Notes: generated from the sequence alone by a model not told the origin. Positions 33,587-43,928 are shown, counted from the first letter of the stretch. The stretch is DNA of 64,000 nt from an uncultured Rubrobacteraceae bacterium (GCA_902806065.1 CADCVE010000089.1:5295-69294), one strand, 5' to 3'. A program made the numbers and translations.

Positions 33587-35641
33587 GTGGCTTGTATGCT
33601 AAGACTCGTGCTAGAGGTTGGAGACAAAGGCGAAGCGGGACACCCGAGCGGGGAGACGGGGAAAGTAGATTCTAAAGACATCCTTGGCAAGGTCTTTGGC
33701 TTCGAGGGGTTCCGGCCGGGGCAGGAGCGGGTGTTGGGGGCGTTGCTCGGTGAGCAGCCGGGATCGGCGCTCGCGGTCTTTCCGACGGGTGGCGGCAAGT
33801 CGCTGACATATCAGCTACCGGCGCTGATTCTGGGCGAGGCTGGTGAGGGAGTAACGGTCGTTGTATCGCCTTTGATCTCGTTGATGAAGGACCAGATCTC
33901 CTTTCTGCGTTCCCGCAAGATAGCGGCTGCGCGCCTCGACTCCTCACTCTCCAGAGAAGAGTACCGGCATGTCGAAGCATCCCTCGAAGACGGCTCCTTG
34001 AGACTCTTGTACGTCTCGCCTGAACGGTTTAACAACGAGCGTTTCCTGGCGCTGCTCGGTCGCGCCAAAATCCCCCTCTTCGCCATAGACGAAGCTCACT
34101 GCATCTCCGAGTGGGGGCACGCCTTCCGCCCGGACTACCTCAAACTCGCCGAGACTGCGAGAAAACTGGAAGCGCCCCGCATCCTCGCGCTCACCGCCAC
34201 GGCGACCCCGCCCGTCGTTCATGACATATGCGCGGCCTTTAGCATCCCGCCCGGAAACGCTGTAGTGACCGGCTTCTACCGCCCCAACCTGAACCTCCTC
34301 ACCACGCCCGTGACCGCCGGCGAGCGTAACGATTTGCTCCTCGCCCGCCTCCGGCATCCCAGACGTCCGCCCGGCTCGACCATCGTCTACGTAACGTTGC
34401 AGAAGACGGCAGAACGCGTGGCGCGGATGCTGGAGGAAGCCGGCCACGAGGCGCGTGCCTACCACGCCGGGATGAAGCCGGAGGATAGGACGGCCGTTCA
34501 AGACGCGTGGACGGAGAGCGACCGGGGAATAGTAGTCGCGACCATCGCCTTTGGGATGGGTATAGACAAGGCCGACGTCCGCTACGTCTACCACTACAAC
34601 CTTCCCAAATCCCTGGAGAGTTACAGTCAGGAGATCGGCCGCGCCGGCCGTGACGGCAAACTATCGGTCGTCGAGATGCTCGCCTGCCCGGACGACGTCC
34701 CAACGCTAGACAACTTCGCCTACGGCGACACCCCAACGCAGGGAGCGCTCCACTCCCTCATCACGGAGCTACTAGACCTCGGGCCGGAGTTCTCGGTGAG
34801 CCTGTACGACCTTTCGGCCCGCCATGATGTACGTCAGATCGTCCTGAAGACCGCCCTTACCTACTTGGAGCTAGACGGCGTCCTCAGACAGGGCACCCCC
34901 TACTACGACGGCTACGAGTTCCGGCCGCTCGCGGAGAACAGTCCCGAAGCAGTTGCCACCGCGGTCCCCGGCGAGCCGGGCGAGTTCGTCGCGGGCCTCT
35001 TCGTCGCGGCGAAGAAGGGCAGAGTTTGGTACTCGCTCAGCCCGGATGAGGCCGCCGCGTCTTTAGGTCACCCGCGAGAGAGGGTCGTGCGCGCCCTGGA
35101 GTATCTGGATGGGCGAGGCTTGATCGAGCTGAGAGCTTCCCACGTGCGCCATCGTTTCTCCCGTCTCCGGTCCGAAGAGAACGCGGATGATCTCGTCGCC
35201 AACCTCGCGCGCCGCTTCGCTGTCCGGGAGGAAGGTGAGATCTCCCGCCTCGGACGCGTGCTGGCCCTGATCGAGCACGAAGGCTGCCAGGTGAACGCGC
35301 TCGCCTCCTACTTCGGCGAGACGCGCCCCACACCCTGTGGCCACTGCACCTTCTGCCACTCCGGAAAACCCCGCAAGCTCCCCCCCACCACCAGCCTCTC
35401 TACACAAAGCGCCTTCTCGAAGCTCCAAGCAGAGTTCGACGAGCTGCGCCGGAAGCACCCCGAAGCACTGGACGAACCGCGCCAGGCGGCGCGCTTTCTC
35501 TGCGGCCTCTCCAGCCCGGCCACAAACCGCGCCAGGCTCTCCCGTCACCCACTCTTCGGAGCACTCGGGGCCCACCACTTCACCGATGTGCTCACCCGCT
35601 GCCCGGGGCCAGCCGAAGCGAATTCGATTGCTGAAAGCTGA
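33587..35641 (+). CDS. recQ: RecQ-family ATP-dependent DNA helicase
   Basis: FGFEGFRPGQERVL...VFPTGGGKSLTYQLPA...FAIDEAHCISEWGHAFRPDY...ALTATAT...VATIAFGMGIDKADVRYVYHYNLPKSLESYSQEIGRAGRDG. Confidence 0.85.
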   Translation: MACMLRLVLEVGDKGEAGHPSGETGKVDSKDILGKVFGFEGFRPGQERVLGALLGEQPGSALAVFPTGGGKSLTYQLPALILGEAGEGVTVVVSPLISLMKDQISFLRSRKIAAARLDSSLSREEYRHVEASLEDGSLRLLYVSPERFNNERFLALLGRAKIPLFAIDEAHCISEWGHAFRPDYLKLAETARKLEAPRILALTATATPPVVHDICAAFSIPPGNAVVTGFYRPNLNLLTTPVTAGERNDLLLARLRHPRRPPGSTIVYVTLQKTAERVARMLEEAGHEARAYHAGMKPEDRTAVQDAWTESDRGIVVATIAFGMGIDKADVRYVYHYNLPKSLESYSQEIGRAGRDGKLSVVEMLACPDDVPTLDNFAYGDTPTQGALHSLITELLDLGPEFSVSLYDLSARHDVRQIVLKTALTYLELDGVLRQGTPYYDGYEFRPLAENSPEAVATAVPGEPGEFVAGLFVAAKKGRVWYSLSPDEAAASLGHPRERVVRALEYLDGRGLIELRASHVRHRFSRLRSEENADDLVANLARRFAVREEGEISRLGRVLALIEHEGCQVNALASYFGETRPTPCGHCTFCHSGKPRKLPPTTSLSTQSAFSKLQAEFDELRRKHPEALDEPRQAARFLCGLSSPATNRARLSRHPLFGALGAHHFTDVLTRCPGPAEANSIAES

Positions 35642-35644
35642 TTG

Positions 35645-36388
35645 CTACGAGACCCAGACTCGGCCCGGAGACTCGTCCGGGAGGGAGCTGAGAATTACCT
35701 TGCGAACTCCGCCGCGCCAGAGCCCGTGAGTGATCGTTGCAGCCCGCGCCATACTTCGCCCGGGCTCGACACTGGTCAGGAGCGCCGCTCGGCGCACGCC
35801 TTCGAGGGTATTGTGGAAGCCGGCGAGCAGGGCGTCGGCGAAGGCCCTGGCGTTTATGGTGTGGCCCGACCCCGTACCGGTGAGTTCGGAGAATACCTCT
35901 GGGCGGTGGACGTGCTCCTCATCCACGGTTCTGCCCAGGGCGCGGATGCTGCCGACGGCGACCACGAGCGTGACTCCTTCGGGGAGTAGAGGCTCATGCG
36001 CCGCCGTACCCTTCAAGGGGCGACGCCGGGAGCCATCGGCCTCCACGAGCGTCACGCCGTTCCGCGGGGCCAGAGCCGGGACCCAAGACGGATCGACACC
36101 GCCCACGCGTTTCTTCGAGAGGATAGCGCTCCCGGCCACAGCCGCTCCGCCACCGGCGAGGCTCTCCTCGACCTTCGAGCTTAGATCCTCTCCGTCTTCA
36201 GAGATCAGAACGGGGCCGATCTCTTCAGCCTCACTCACGAACATCTTCGTCGTCGGGGCCACGAGTACAGGCGTCCCGGCCTCCCCGAGCTCGCCAGCTA
36301 TCTGGAGGATCGCACCAGACTTCCCCCCAGCTCCCACAAAGGCAACGACGTCGCCCTCCATAATGCCCAAAGCCCCGTAGAGTTTCAA
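35645..36388 (-). CDS. yqeC: YqeC-like selenium-dependent hydroxylase accessory protein
   Basis: GDVVAFVGAGGKSGAIL...VLVAPTTKMF...VTLVEADGSRRRPLKGTAAHEPLLPEG. Confidence 0.65.
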   Translation of the reverse strand: MKLYGALGIMEGDVVAFVGAGGKSGAILQIAGELGEAGTPVLVAPTTKMFVSEAEEIGPVLISEDGEDLSSKVEESLAGGGAAVAGSAILSKKRVGGVDPSWVPALAPRNGVTLVEADGSRRRPLKGTAAHEPLLPEGVTLVVAVGSIRALGRTVDEEHVHRPEVFSELTGTGSGHTINARAFADALLAGFHNTLEGVRRAALLTSVEPGRSMARAATITHGLWRGGVRKVILSSLPDESPGRVWVS

Positions 36389-36600
36389 CTTTTCTCCCCG
36401 TCACCATCCGAGCTCCCCGCTTCCCTCTCCCAATGCCCGTCGCAAACATTGTAGGAACCAGGTACTTTATGATACACCAGGAAATGATTCTATAAGTAGC
36501 TTGTGTTATGTTGAGTGGTAGAGGATTGTATAAGCGGATACGCGGGTATATTGTGCGGCTGGGCGTACCGATTTTGGTTCCGAGAAGGAAGGGGTGGCGG

Positions 36601-37050
36601 GTGACGGAGCAGCAGGAACGGGTCGAGAGGTTTTCGAAAGAGTTAAGGGAGGGACCACCACCTTCCGAGCGGAGCATCAAGGAGATATTGGACACGCTGC
36701 GGCCTCAGCTGCAGCAATTGCTCAGTAAGCAGATCGAGATGGCCCGAACGGAGCTTATCCCCGTTGCGCGGCAGGCCGGCATTGCCACGGGTTTGCTGGT
36801 GGTTGGGGCGGTGTTCATGTTGTTGTTCCTGGTCTTCTTCTTCCTGACCGGGATGTACTTCATGGTGGAGGTCTTTGGCTTCCCTTATTGGGCAGCGGCG
36901 GGCATAGACACTGTTATACTTCTCCTTATCGGAGGAGGGCTCGCCGGGGCGGGTGCGAACAAGCTACGAACCTTGGATCCCAAACCCCACCGGACGATAG
37001 CCGCCCTCCAGGAGAACGTAGAGTGGGTGAAGGGGCAGCTTAGACCGTGA
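36601..37050 (+). CDS. Actinobacterial holin-X / DUF1469-like membrane protein
   Basis: QIEMARTELIPVARQAGIATGLLVVGAVFMLLFLVFFFL... with 2 TM segments. GTG 36601 is preferred over the track start 36508. Confidence 0.6.
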   Translation: MTEQQERVERFSKELREGPPPSERSIKEILDTLRPQLQQLLSKQIEMARTELIPVARQAGIATGLLVVGAVFMLLFLVFFFLTGMYFMVEVFGFPYWAAAGIDTVILLLIGGGLAGAGANKLRTLDPKPHRTIAALQENVEWVKGQLRP

Positions 37051-37412
37051 GTGAGACACCGGAGCGTATAGAGCGTGAGATGTTCGAGATCCGGAGCCAG
37101 ATGTCTCCGGATATGGTCGACCTTCGCAAGCACATCGAACCCCAGGTAGTCGCCGAGCAAGTCAAGCAGACGGTAAGACAGCGCCTCCAGGGGGTAGTGG
37201 AAGGTATCAAGGCGAACCTCAAAGCCAGGCAGCAGGAGTTCATCGACTCCGCCAAACGCCAGCTCTCCCTGGCTCGTAAGGCGGGTGAAAGCAGAGACAC
37301 CGCTCCCTTCACGGAGGCGGTGAAGAGCGATCCTCGTCCCGCCGCCTTGTTGGGCGTCATCCTCGTCCTCACCCTCTTGATGGTCCGCAAGATCACCAGC
37401 GGGCAGGGATAG
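37047..37412 (+). CDS. DUF3618-domain protein
   Basis: TPERIEREMFEIRSQMSPDMVDLRKHIEPQ with a C-terminal TM segment. GTGA overlap with the preceding gene. This is the common holin-X/DUF3618 pairing. Confidence 0.65.
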   Translation: MSETPERIEREMFEIRSQMSPDMVDLRKHIEPQVVAEQVKQTVRQRLQGVVEGIKANLKARQQEFIDSAKRQLSLARKAGESRDTAPFTEAVKSDPRPAALLGVILVLTLLMVRKITSGQG

Positions 37413-37481
37413 AGCAACCGACCTAGAGACGGAGGCCCCGTCCACCTCCACTTCCAGCCCGTCGGCGGGGCTGCCGGGGAC

Positions 37482-38630
37482 ATGACCCTCGCCGCCCTCA
37501 TCGCCGCGGGAGCGCCGCCGGCAGAGGTCTCGCGCGCCCTGAGTACCCTAAACGTCTCATTCGAGTTACGCACCGACGCTACGGAGGTTAGCGGTATACA
37601 GGCACTCCGGGTCGAGGTCGAGCACCCCGAGCAGCACGTTCATCGCACCTTCGCCGGCATAAGACGACTCATCCAAGATGCTGGCTTACCCGAACGAGCC
37701 GCCCTGAGGTCTGTGGCGGCCTTCAGGCTTTTAGCGGAGGCTGAAGGTACTGTACATGGGCGTCTGCCGGAGGATGTAACCTTTCACGAGGTTGGGGCGG
37801 TCGACTCGATCATCGACGTAGTCGGGAGTTGCGTTGCCCTCGAACTGCTCGAAGCAGATACCGTGAGCTGCGGTCTACTGCCGATGGGTACGGGCGTTGT
37901 TCCCTCCGCCCACGGTCCCCTCCCCGTCCCTGGACCGGCTACGCTGGCGGTCCTTAAAGGCTCGCGGGTGCGCTGGACGGCGGAGCCCATGGAGACGACG
38001 ACCCCGACCGGAGCAGCCCTCATGGCGAGCCTTACCGGAGGAACCTTTACCGAAGCCGCCCCTCCGATGGTGTTGGGCTCGGTCGGCTACGGAGCCGGGA
38101 GAGCTACCCTCCGGTATGCTCCAAACCTCCTGCGAGCAGTAGTAGGCGAGATCGAAGGCGCAAGCGGGTCAGGCCTGGAGCTACTGGAGGCGAACGTTGA
38201 CGACGCGCCCGGCGAGATCCTCGGGGCCGCCGTGGAGACGCTGCTCACGTCCGGAGCACTCGATGCCTGGCTCGAGCCCATAACCATGAAGAAAGGTCGC
38301 GGCGCCTACAAGGTCTGCGCTCTCGTCGAGAGCACGAACCGCGAGGAGCTAGCGCGTCTGCTTATGAGGGAGACTGGCTCTTTGGGTGTCCGCCACCTCC
38401 GCGCGGGGCGAACGGTCGCCGAGCGCCGCGCCGTCGACGTGGAGCTGCCCTACGGTATCTGCAGGGTCAAGGTCGGGAGTCTAGACGGGGAGGACTTCAT
38501 CGCCGCCCCGGAGTACGAGGACGCCGCCCGGCTCGCCCGGGAGAACGGACTCTCGCTTCCCAGAGTCTACACGGACGCTCATGCTGCTCTCCGGGAGCAT
38601 TCGGGAAGGCATTACATGGGATCCAGTTGA
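37482..38630 (+). CDS. larC: LarC-family nickel insertion protein (DUF111)
   Basis: GDMTLAALIAAGAP...HRTFAGIRRLI...FHEVGAVDSIIDVVG...AHGPLPVPGPAT...ITMKKGRGAYKV. The conserved N-terminal strand continues upstream of ATG 37482 without a canonical start codon (see findings). Confidence 0.8.
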   Translation: MTLAALIAAGAPPAEVSRALSTLNVSFELRTDATEVSGIQALRVEVEHPEQHVHRTFAGIRRLIQDAGLPERAALRSVAAFRLLAEAEGTVHGRLPEDVTFHEVGAVDSIIDVVGSCVALELLEADTVSCGLLPMGTGVVPSAHGPLPVPGPATLAVLKGSRVRWTAEPMETTTPTGAALMASLTGGTFTEAAPPMVLGSVGYGAGRATLRYAPNLLRAVVGEIEGASGSGLELLEANVDDAPGEILGAAVETLLTSGALDAWLEPITMKKGRGAYKVCALVESTNREELARLLMRETGSLGVRHLRAGRTVAERRAVDVELPYGICRVKVGSLDGEDFIAAPEYEDAARLARENGLSLPRVYTDAHAALREHSGRHYMGSS

Positions 38631-38704
38631 TCGCTTCGCATACCCGACGGTCAAGAGGCTAAGATTTATAGTGTCTTCTGGCAACCGAGGGCTAACGATT
38701 ATTA

Positions 38705-39856
38705 CTACTGCTCCTCGCCCGAGGCTTCGACCGTCGCGGGGCGGGTGCCTTCTATGAGGAAGGCGACGACGTCGAGGAAGTCGCCGCTCTTTTCGTAGAC
38801 CCGGCGCTGGCGCTGTCCACCGGCGCCACTCTCTACTATCTCCAGCACGTCCAATAGTTCGTTCTCGCACCCGAGGTCTTGGGAGACGGGGCGCAGCTCG
38901 TCCACAAGGGCGCGAGCGGCATCTTTGGCGGGGATGTTCGCGCCTTTTTCGGCGTCGTAGAAGGTAGCGTCGAGGCCGTGGCGGGCGGCGCGGAACTTAT
39001 TCTCGGTAGTGAGAAGTCGGTTGTAGGGGCCTCTCGCGTTCTCCGAGAGTGCCCTGACGACCAGGCATTGGGTGAACGCGGCGAAGGCTGCGGTGGAGTC
39101 GAGGCTCGTTTGGGAGTCGAGGGCGCGCAGCTCTATGGTGCCGATCTTGGAGTGGGGCCTGACGTCCCACCAGCAGAAAGTGTAGTCGTCCATGGCACCC
39201 GCCTCTATCATCAGGTCCACGTAGGTCTCGAACGCCTCGTAATCGGGGAATGCGGGGGGAAGTCCGGCTCGGGGGAAGGTCTCGAAGATCTTCACGCGCG
39301 TCGACTCGTAGCCGGTGTCTATCCCCTGCCAAAACGGGGAATTGGATGAGAGAGCCAGGAGGAGCGGGACCTGCTCGGAGAGGCGGTTGTGGGCCTCGAT
39401 GACCGCTTCCTCGTTTGGGACACCGACGTGGACGTGCTGGCCGAAGATGACCTCTCTCTGGGCCACCCAGCGGAGGGTCTTTACAACTAGCTTGTAGCGT
39501 TCCTGGTCGGTGATCTTCTGGTCCTGATAGCGGGAGAAGGGGTGGGTGCCGGCTGAGGCGAGCGCGGTGCCGCAGGCGGCCGCCCACGACCCGACCCGGC
39601 TCCTTAGCTCCCTTAGAATCCCCTCGGCCTCGGCCACGCTCGCGCACGGCGGAGTCTTTATCTCCAGGACACATTGGAAGAGCTCGTAGGAGACGGCCTC
39701 CTTGAGGTCCTCTGGCAGACGCGCCATGATCTCCTCTATCTTCGAGACGAGCTCACCCGTGGTCGCGTCCACGATGTGGAGCTCCTCCTCGACCCCTAAG
39801 GTGTACCCATCGCTGCCCTTGAACTCTATCGGCATGAACCTCCCTAATACCCGCAT
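38705..39856 (-). CDS. ybdK: Carboxylate-amine ligase, YbdK / glutamate-cysteine ligase family 2
   Basis: TLGVEEELHIVD...SYELFQCVLEIKTPPC...VIFGQHVHVGV...LLALSSNSPFWQGIDTGYESTR...WWDVRPH...IELRALDSQ. Confidence 0.85.
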   Translation of the reverse strand: MRVLGRFMPIEFKGSDGYTLGVEEELHIVDATTGELVSKIEEIMARLPEDLKEAVSYELFQCVLEIKTPPCASVAEAEGILRELRSRVGSWAAACGTALASAGTHPFSRYQDQKITDQERYKLVVKTLRWVAQREVIFGQHVHVGVPNEEAVIEAHNRLSEQVPLLLALSSNSPFWQGIDTGYESTRVKIFETFPRAGLPPAFPDYEAFETYVDLMIEAGAMDDYTFCWWDVRPHSKIGTIELRALDSQTSLDSTAAFAAFTQCLVVRALSENARGPYNRLLTTENKFRAARHGLDATFYDAEKGANIPAKDAARALVDELRPVSQDLGCENELLDVLEIVESGAGGQRQRRVYEKSGDFLDVVAFLIEGTRPATVEASGEEQ

Positions 39857-39973
39857 CCACCGGGTTCCGCGCCCGATGCGCGGAGAAATAGCGCTCGTAT
39901 ATTATCCGTTCCGCAACCACCTCGCCGCCGTGGGGCAAAGCCGTAAGACAAAGCCATCGTCGCCAGCGTTTTT

Positions 39974-40909
39974 TCAGCGTGGTCTCGATGATTTCCTGAC
40001 CACGACGCCCTCCTCATGGGACGTCTCTCCAAACCGCACCTGGGCGAGCGCCGCGCCCGCCATGACCAGGATCGCCCCGAGGAGCTTCGGTGCCGTAAAC
40101 GCCTCGCTTAGCAGGAACACCCCGATTGCACCCGCCACCACCGGCTCGACCGTGGCCACGATCGCCGCCTGTCCCGCCTCCAATCGCTTGAGTCCCACCG
40201 TATACAACCCGAAAGCCAGCGAGGTATGCACCACCGCGAGCATGAAGAGCAGCACATAGGAACCCAAAGACAACCCGACGATTGTATAGAGCGTCGGGAG
40301 CGAAGCGAGCACTAGCAGCACGCTCCCGAAGCCAAGGGCGTAGCTCAGGATCGTGGCGGGGCCGAGACGGCCGGTCAGGGGCTTGCCAAAGATAGAGTAC
40401 AGTCCATACGTCAGCCCGGAGAGGAGTCCGGTCGCAAGCACGAATGGTGTCACTTCCAGAGAGCCCAGATCGTAGGCTCCCACGACCAAAAAGATTCCCC
40501 CGAAGGTAAGCGCGAGCGCCAGAACCCGCGACGCCCCAAGAGATTCTTTCAGAAAGAGCCAGGCAAGAAGCGTCACGAACGCGGGCGAACTGTATAGCAG
40601 TATCGCCGCCGTCCCAACCGTACTCTCGCGCACCGTATAGAAGTACAGCAAATAGAACGCCCCGATCCCAATGAGCCCCAGAGGGACGAGGAAAAATAGG
40701 TCCCGCCGAGTGACCCGGAGGTTACCTGCCCCCTGCGTCAGCAGCACGAAAAGCAGCACCGCTATCCACCCGACCAATGCCCGCACCGCCACTAATGCCT
40801 CGAAAGAGACGCCTTCAGCATACAGAATCTTCGCGAAGAAGCCCAGGGTTCCCCAGATCGAGGCCGCAGCCCCGACGGCGAGCACGCCCAACAAACCACC
40901 TTTGGTCAC
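39974..40909 (-). CDS. EamA/DMT-family transporter
   Basis: 10 TM segments with duplicated EamA halves. Confidence 0.8.
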   Translation of the reverse strand: MTKGGLLGVLAVGAAASIWGTLGFFAKILYAEGVSFEALVAVRALVGWIAVLLFVLLTQGAGNLRVTRRDLFFLVPLGLIGIGAFYLLYFYTVRESTVGTAAILLYSSPAFVTLLAWLFLKESLGASRVLALALTFGGIFLVVGAYDLGSLEVTPFVLATGLLSGLTYGLYSIFGKPLTGRLGPATILSYALGFGSVLLVLASLPTLYTIVGLSLGSYVLLFMLAVVHTSLAFGLYTVGLKRLEAGQAAIVATVEPVVAGAIGVFLLSEAFTAPKLLGAILVMAGAALAQVRFGETSHEEGVVVRKSSRPR

Positions 40910-41100
40910 CCCTTGAGTCCTTCCTGATCTAGTTCACGCTTCCGCGAATCCCTATCGCACTTCGCAACACGGCCTTCTTCTTACAAGGTTTTACGGATCT
41001 CCTCCCGTCAGAAACTCGGCAAGCGACACCAGTTGATCGGAGACTCCTAACCTTACAGGCCTTCGGCCGGGGCAGCAGAGGCCGAAGGTGCGCTCTCCAG

Positions 41101-41697
41101 CTACTCCGAAGACCTTCGCCGTCGGTAGGCACGCATCTTGGACCGAGCTCCGCATACGTCCATCGTGCACCAACTCCCCGAGCGGTTCTTTGAGTTGTCG
41201 TAGAAGGCCCACAGACAGCCCTCGTTGCGGCACGCCTTGAGCCGACTCCAGGTACCCTCTGCCGCCGAGAGGACAACAGCGGCGAGAACTCTCCCCGCAA
41301 CCTCCCCGACGACGTCCCCGGCCTCGGCGGCCGGCATCAGGCGGGGTTCGCCCTCCATATCAAAGCGCACGCTCAGAGAAACCGGCGCCGCGAGTTCGTT
41401 CAGCGCCTCGGCGCCCGCTTCTTCTCCGGGTTCGCCGTTGTGAACCAACAGCAACCCCCTCAAGCCCTCGCGAAACGCAACGAGGAGCCGCCGGTTCGCC
41501 TCGTCTACCCTCACCCCACCGCCCACGAAGCCACGCTCGAAAAGCCAGGCGGTCGCCTCGTCAGTGTCTTCCAACAGGTCGTAACCGTGCATGATGTTCC
41601 TCGTGTTTACAAATGACTGCACCAACGCCAGCGGCTCCGGCGCCGGCTTCAGGCTAAGGCCAGCCAACCCTCGCTCTTCGTTACCTCCCTGACCCAT
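41101..41697 (-). CDS. ABATE + CGNR zinc-finger protein
   Basis: The C-terminus LKACRNEGCLWAFYDNSKNRSGSWCTMDVCGARSKMRAYRRR is the CGNR signature. Confidence 0.8.
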   Translation of the reverse strand: MGQGGNEERGLAGLSLKPAPEPLALVQSFVNTRNIMHGYDLLEDTDEATAWLFERGFVGGGVRVDEANRRLLVAFREGLRGLLLVHNGEPGEEAGAEALNELAAPVSLSVRFDMEGEPRLMPAAEAGDVVGEVAGRVLAAVVLSAAEGTWSRLKACRNEGCLWAFYDNSKNRSGSWCTMDVCGARSKMRAYRRRRSSE

Positions 41698-41812
41698 TTC
41701 TTCATTTTACCGCTAAAACCTATTGACTGGTCATTGTTACTGTCATATACTTTTTGTCGGTAACTAGAAGCTCGGCATATAGTTCGGGCTGCAGGCGTGC
41801 GAGGAGGTGCTC

Positions 41813-42679
41813 ATGGCAGAGGGGCTAGACCTGGAGGATCGGTGGCGGCTCGGGCGGCGTATGGAGACGTCCGGTGGCGAGGTGGCTTATGAGGTGTTCG
41901 GCGAGGGGCCGGCGGTGGTCCTGGTGCATGGGACGCCAAGCCGCTCCTACATCTGGCGCAACATCGTTCCGGCCCTAGCCGAGCGCCACAGCGTGTACGC
42001 CTACGATCTCCTCGGCTACGGAGAATCGGAGAAGGGGGAGGGGCAGGACGTCTCGATGGCGTTCCAGGCGCGCCTGCTCAAGGAGTTGGTCGGGGTGTGG
42101 GGGCTCGATAGCCCCGGTATCGTCGGCCATGATATCGGAGGGGGCATCGTCCTCGGGGCTCACCTGGTCGAAGGGGTTCAATTCGACAGGATCGCGCTCT
42201 TAGACTGCGTGACACTCTCGCCCTGGTTGTCGCAGGCTAACTCCTCCACGTGGCACATTGCTGAGCACCGAGAGACCTACGCGACCATGCCGGAGAACCT
42301 CTTCGAGGCGGTCTTCGCGGCCTACCTGGAAGAATCCGGTACCCACCTCGGTGAGAAGGAGTTCGAGGCCTTCCTCGCGCAGTGGCGGGGAGAGGAGGGG
42401 CAAAGGGCCTTCGTCCGGCAGGCCGCCCAGCTTGAAGAGCGACACACCGCAGAGATCGAGCCCCGGCTCGACTCGATCGAGGTTCCGGTGCAGGTGATCT
42501 GGGGCGAGGCAGACACGTGGCTCGATCCCGCTCAAGCTGACCGCCTTCACGAAGTGATTCTGGGCTCGCGCCTGAAGAAGGTGAAGGGCGCCGGGCACTT
42601 CGTGATGGAGGACGCGCCTGAGGAGGTGGCGCGGGAGCTGGCGAGCTTCTTCTTCGCCGACGGGCAGACCTCCTTCTGA
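41813..42679 (+). CDS. Alpha/beta hydrolase (haloalkane dehalogenase / epoxide hydrolase-like)
   Basis: VVLVHGTPSRSYIWRNIVPAL...IVGHDIGGGI...GAGHFVMEDAP. ATG 41813 follows GAGGAGG. Confidence 0.8.
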   Translation: MAEGLDLEDRWRLGRRMETSGGEVAYEVFGEGPAVVLVHGTPSRSYIWRNIVPALAERHSVYAYDLLGYGESEKGEGQDVSMAFQARLLKELVGVWGLDSPGIVGHDIGGGIVLGAHLVEGVQFDRIALLDCVTLSPWLSQANSSTWHIAEHRETYATMPENLFEAVFAAYLEESGTHLGEKEFEAFLAQWRGEEGQRAFVRQAAQLEERHTAEIEPRLDSIEVPVQVIWGEADTWLDPAQADRLHEVILGSRLKKVKGAGHFVMEDAPEEVARELASFFFADGQTSF

Positions 42680-42747
42680 GGGGCGAGGGCCGCGACAGCG
42701 CAGGCAAGGCCAAGCGACTGGGGCTTGCGGGGTTTCTCACTACGGCG

Positions 42748-43905
42748 GTGGCCTTTGGTCCGGCGCGCAACGGCTATGGGCTGTTCTTGCCGAACATCCG
42801 CGAGGAGTTCGGGCTGTCGACCGTGATGCTGGGGTTTATTGCAAGCGGGCTATATGCAGGCTACCTGGCCGCGCTTCTCGCTGTGGGACTGCTCGCCGCG
42901 CGGGCCGGTCCCCGCCTCCCGGTGCTGATCGGGCTCGTGTCGGCCGGCGTAGGTATGGGGCTCGTGGTCCTCTCGCCGAACATCCCTTCGTTGGCTGCCG
43001 GCGTGATCTTGGCGGGCACTAGCGCGGGGTGGTCGTGGGCTCCGTATAGCGACGCCGTCGCCCAAGCCGTGCCTCAGTCGTCGAGGGACCGTGTCCTGTC
43101 AGTCGTCAGCACGGGAACGACCTTCGGTATCATGGCGGCCGGTCTGATCGCGTTGGCGACGGAGGCCTGGGGTTTGCCCTGGCGCGCCGCCTGGCTCGCC
43201 TTTTCCCTGGCCTCGTTCACAGTCGCCGCGTACAACACTTGGGCTTTGACTGGCGGCCCACTCAGTTCAGGGAGGAGGGGTGGTGAGGCGCGTTGGTTGG
43301 GCTGGAGCTGGTTCTTGCGCTACGGGTCGGCGCCGCTGTTCATCGTGGCGCTTTCGTTTGGGGTGGTGAACGCTGTGTACTGGTCGTTCGCGGTAGATCT
43401 GCTCTCGCGCTCCGGTGGATCCTTTTTGACCTCGGGGCCGATGCTATATGCTGTGTTGGGCGTCGCTGGTTTCGTCGGCCTCTTTACCGGCGACGCGGTG
43501 GCCCGTTTCGGTCTGCGCCGGGTGCTCGTAGCGATCCAGGCTTTCCTGGGCGTCTCGGTGGGGCTCTTGGGTCTGGCTCCTGCATCTTTGCCGGCTACAG
43601 GTGTCTCGGCCGTACTCTTCGGGATTGGCGTGATGACGATGTCCGCCCTGCTCTCGGTATGGAGCTCGACCGTCTTCTTAGAGCAACCTTCAACCGGTTT
43701 CAGTGCCGCGCTTTTCCTCTTCGCGATCGGCAACATCGCCGGGTCGGCGGCCTTGGGTGCGTTCGCCAACTCCTTCGGGCTCGAGGCTGCGTTCCTGCTC
43801 ACCGGCGCGCTAGCGCTGCTAACCGCGCTGGTGAAGCCCACTGGAGGGTCGCGTCCGGCTACGGCCGGGTCTTCACCGGAGGACCCTTCCAAGCCAATTC
43901 CTTAG
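42748..43905 (+). CDS. MFS transporter (YbfB-like); N-terminus uncertain
   Basis: About 11-12 TM segments. The frame is open from 42622 and encodes TM1-like KRLGLAGFLTTAVAFG upstream of the first canonical start, GTG 42748. Confidence 0.7.
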   Translation: MAFGPARNGYGLFLPNIREEFGLSTVMLGFIASGLYAGYLAALLAVGLLAARAGPRLPVLIGLVSAGVGMGLVVLSPNIPSLAAGVILAGTSAGWSWAPYSDAVAQAVPQSSRDRVLSVVSTGTTFGIMAAGLIALATEAWGLPWRAAWLAFSLASFTVAAYNTWALTGGPLSSGRRGGEARWLGWSWFLRYGSAPLFIVALSFGVVNAVYWSFAVDLLSRSGGSFLTSGPMLYAVLGVAGFVGLFTGDAVARFGLRRVLVAIQAFLGVSVGLLGLAPASLPATGVSAVLFGIGVMTMSALLSVWSSTVFLEQPSTGFSAALFLFAIGNIAGSAALGAFANSFGLEAAFLLTGALALLTALVKPTGGSRPATAGSSPEDPSKPIP

Positions 43906-43928
43906 ATGTATTGGGCGTTTTCGTGAGC

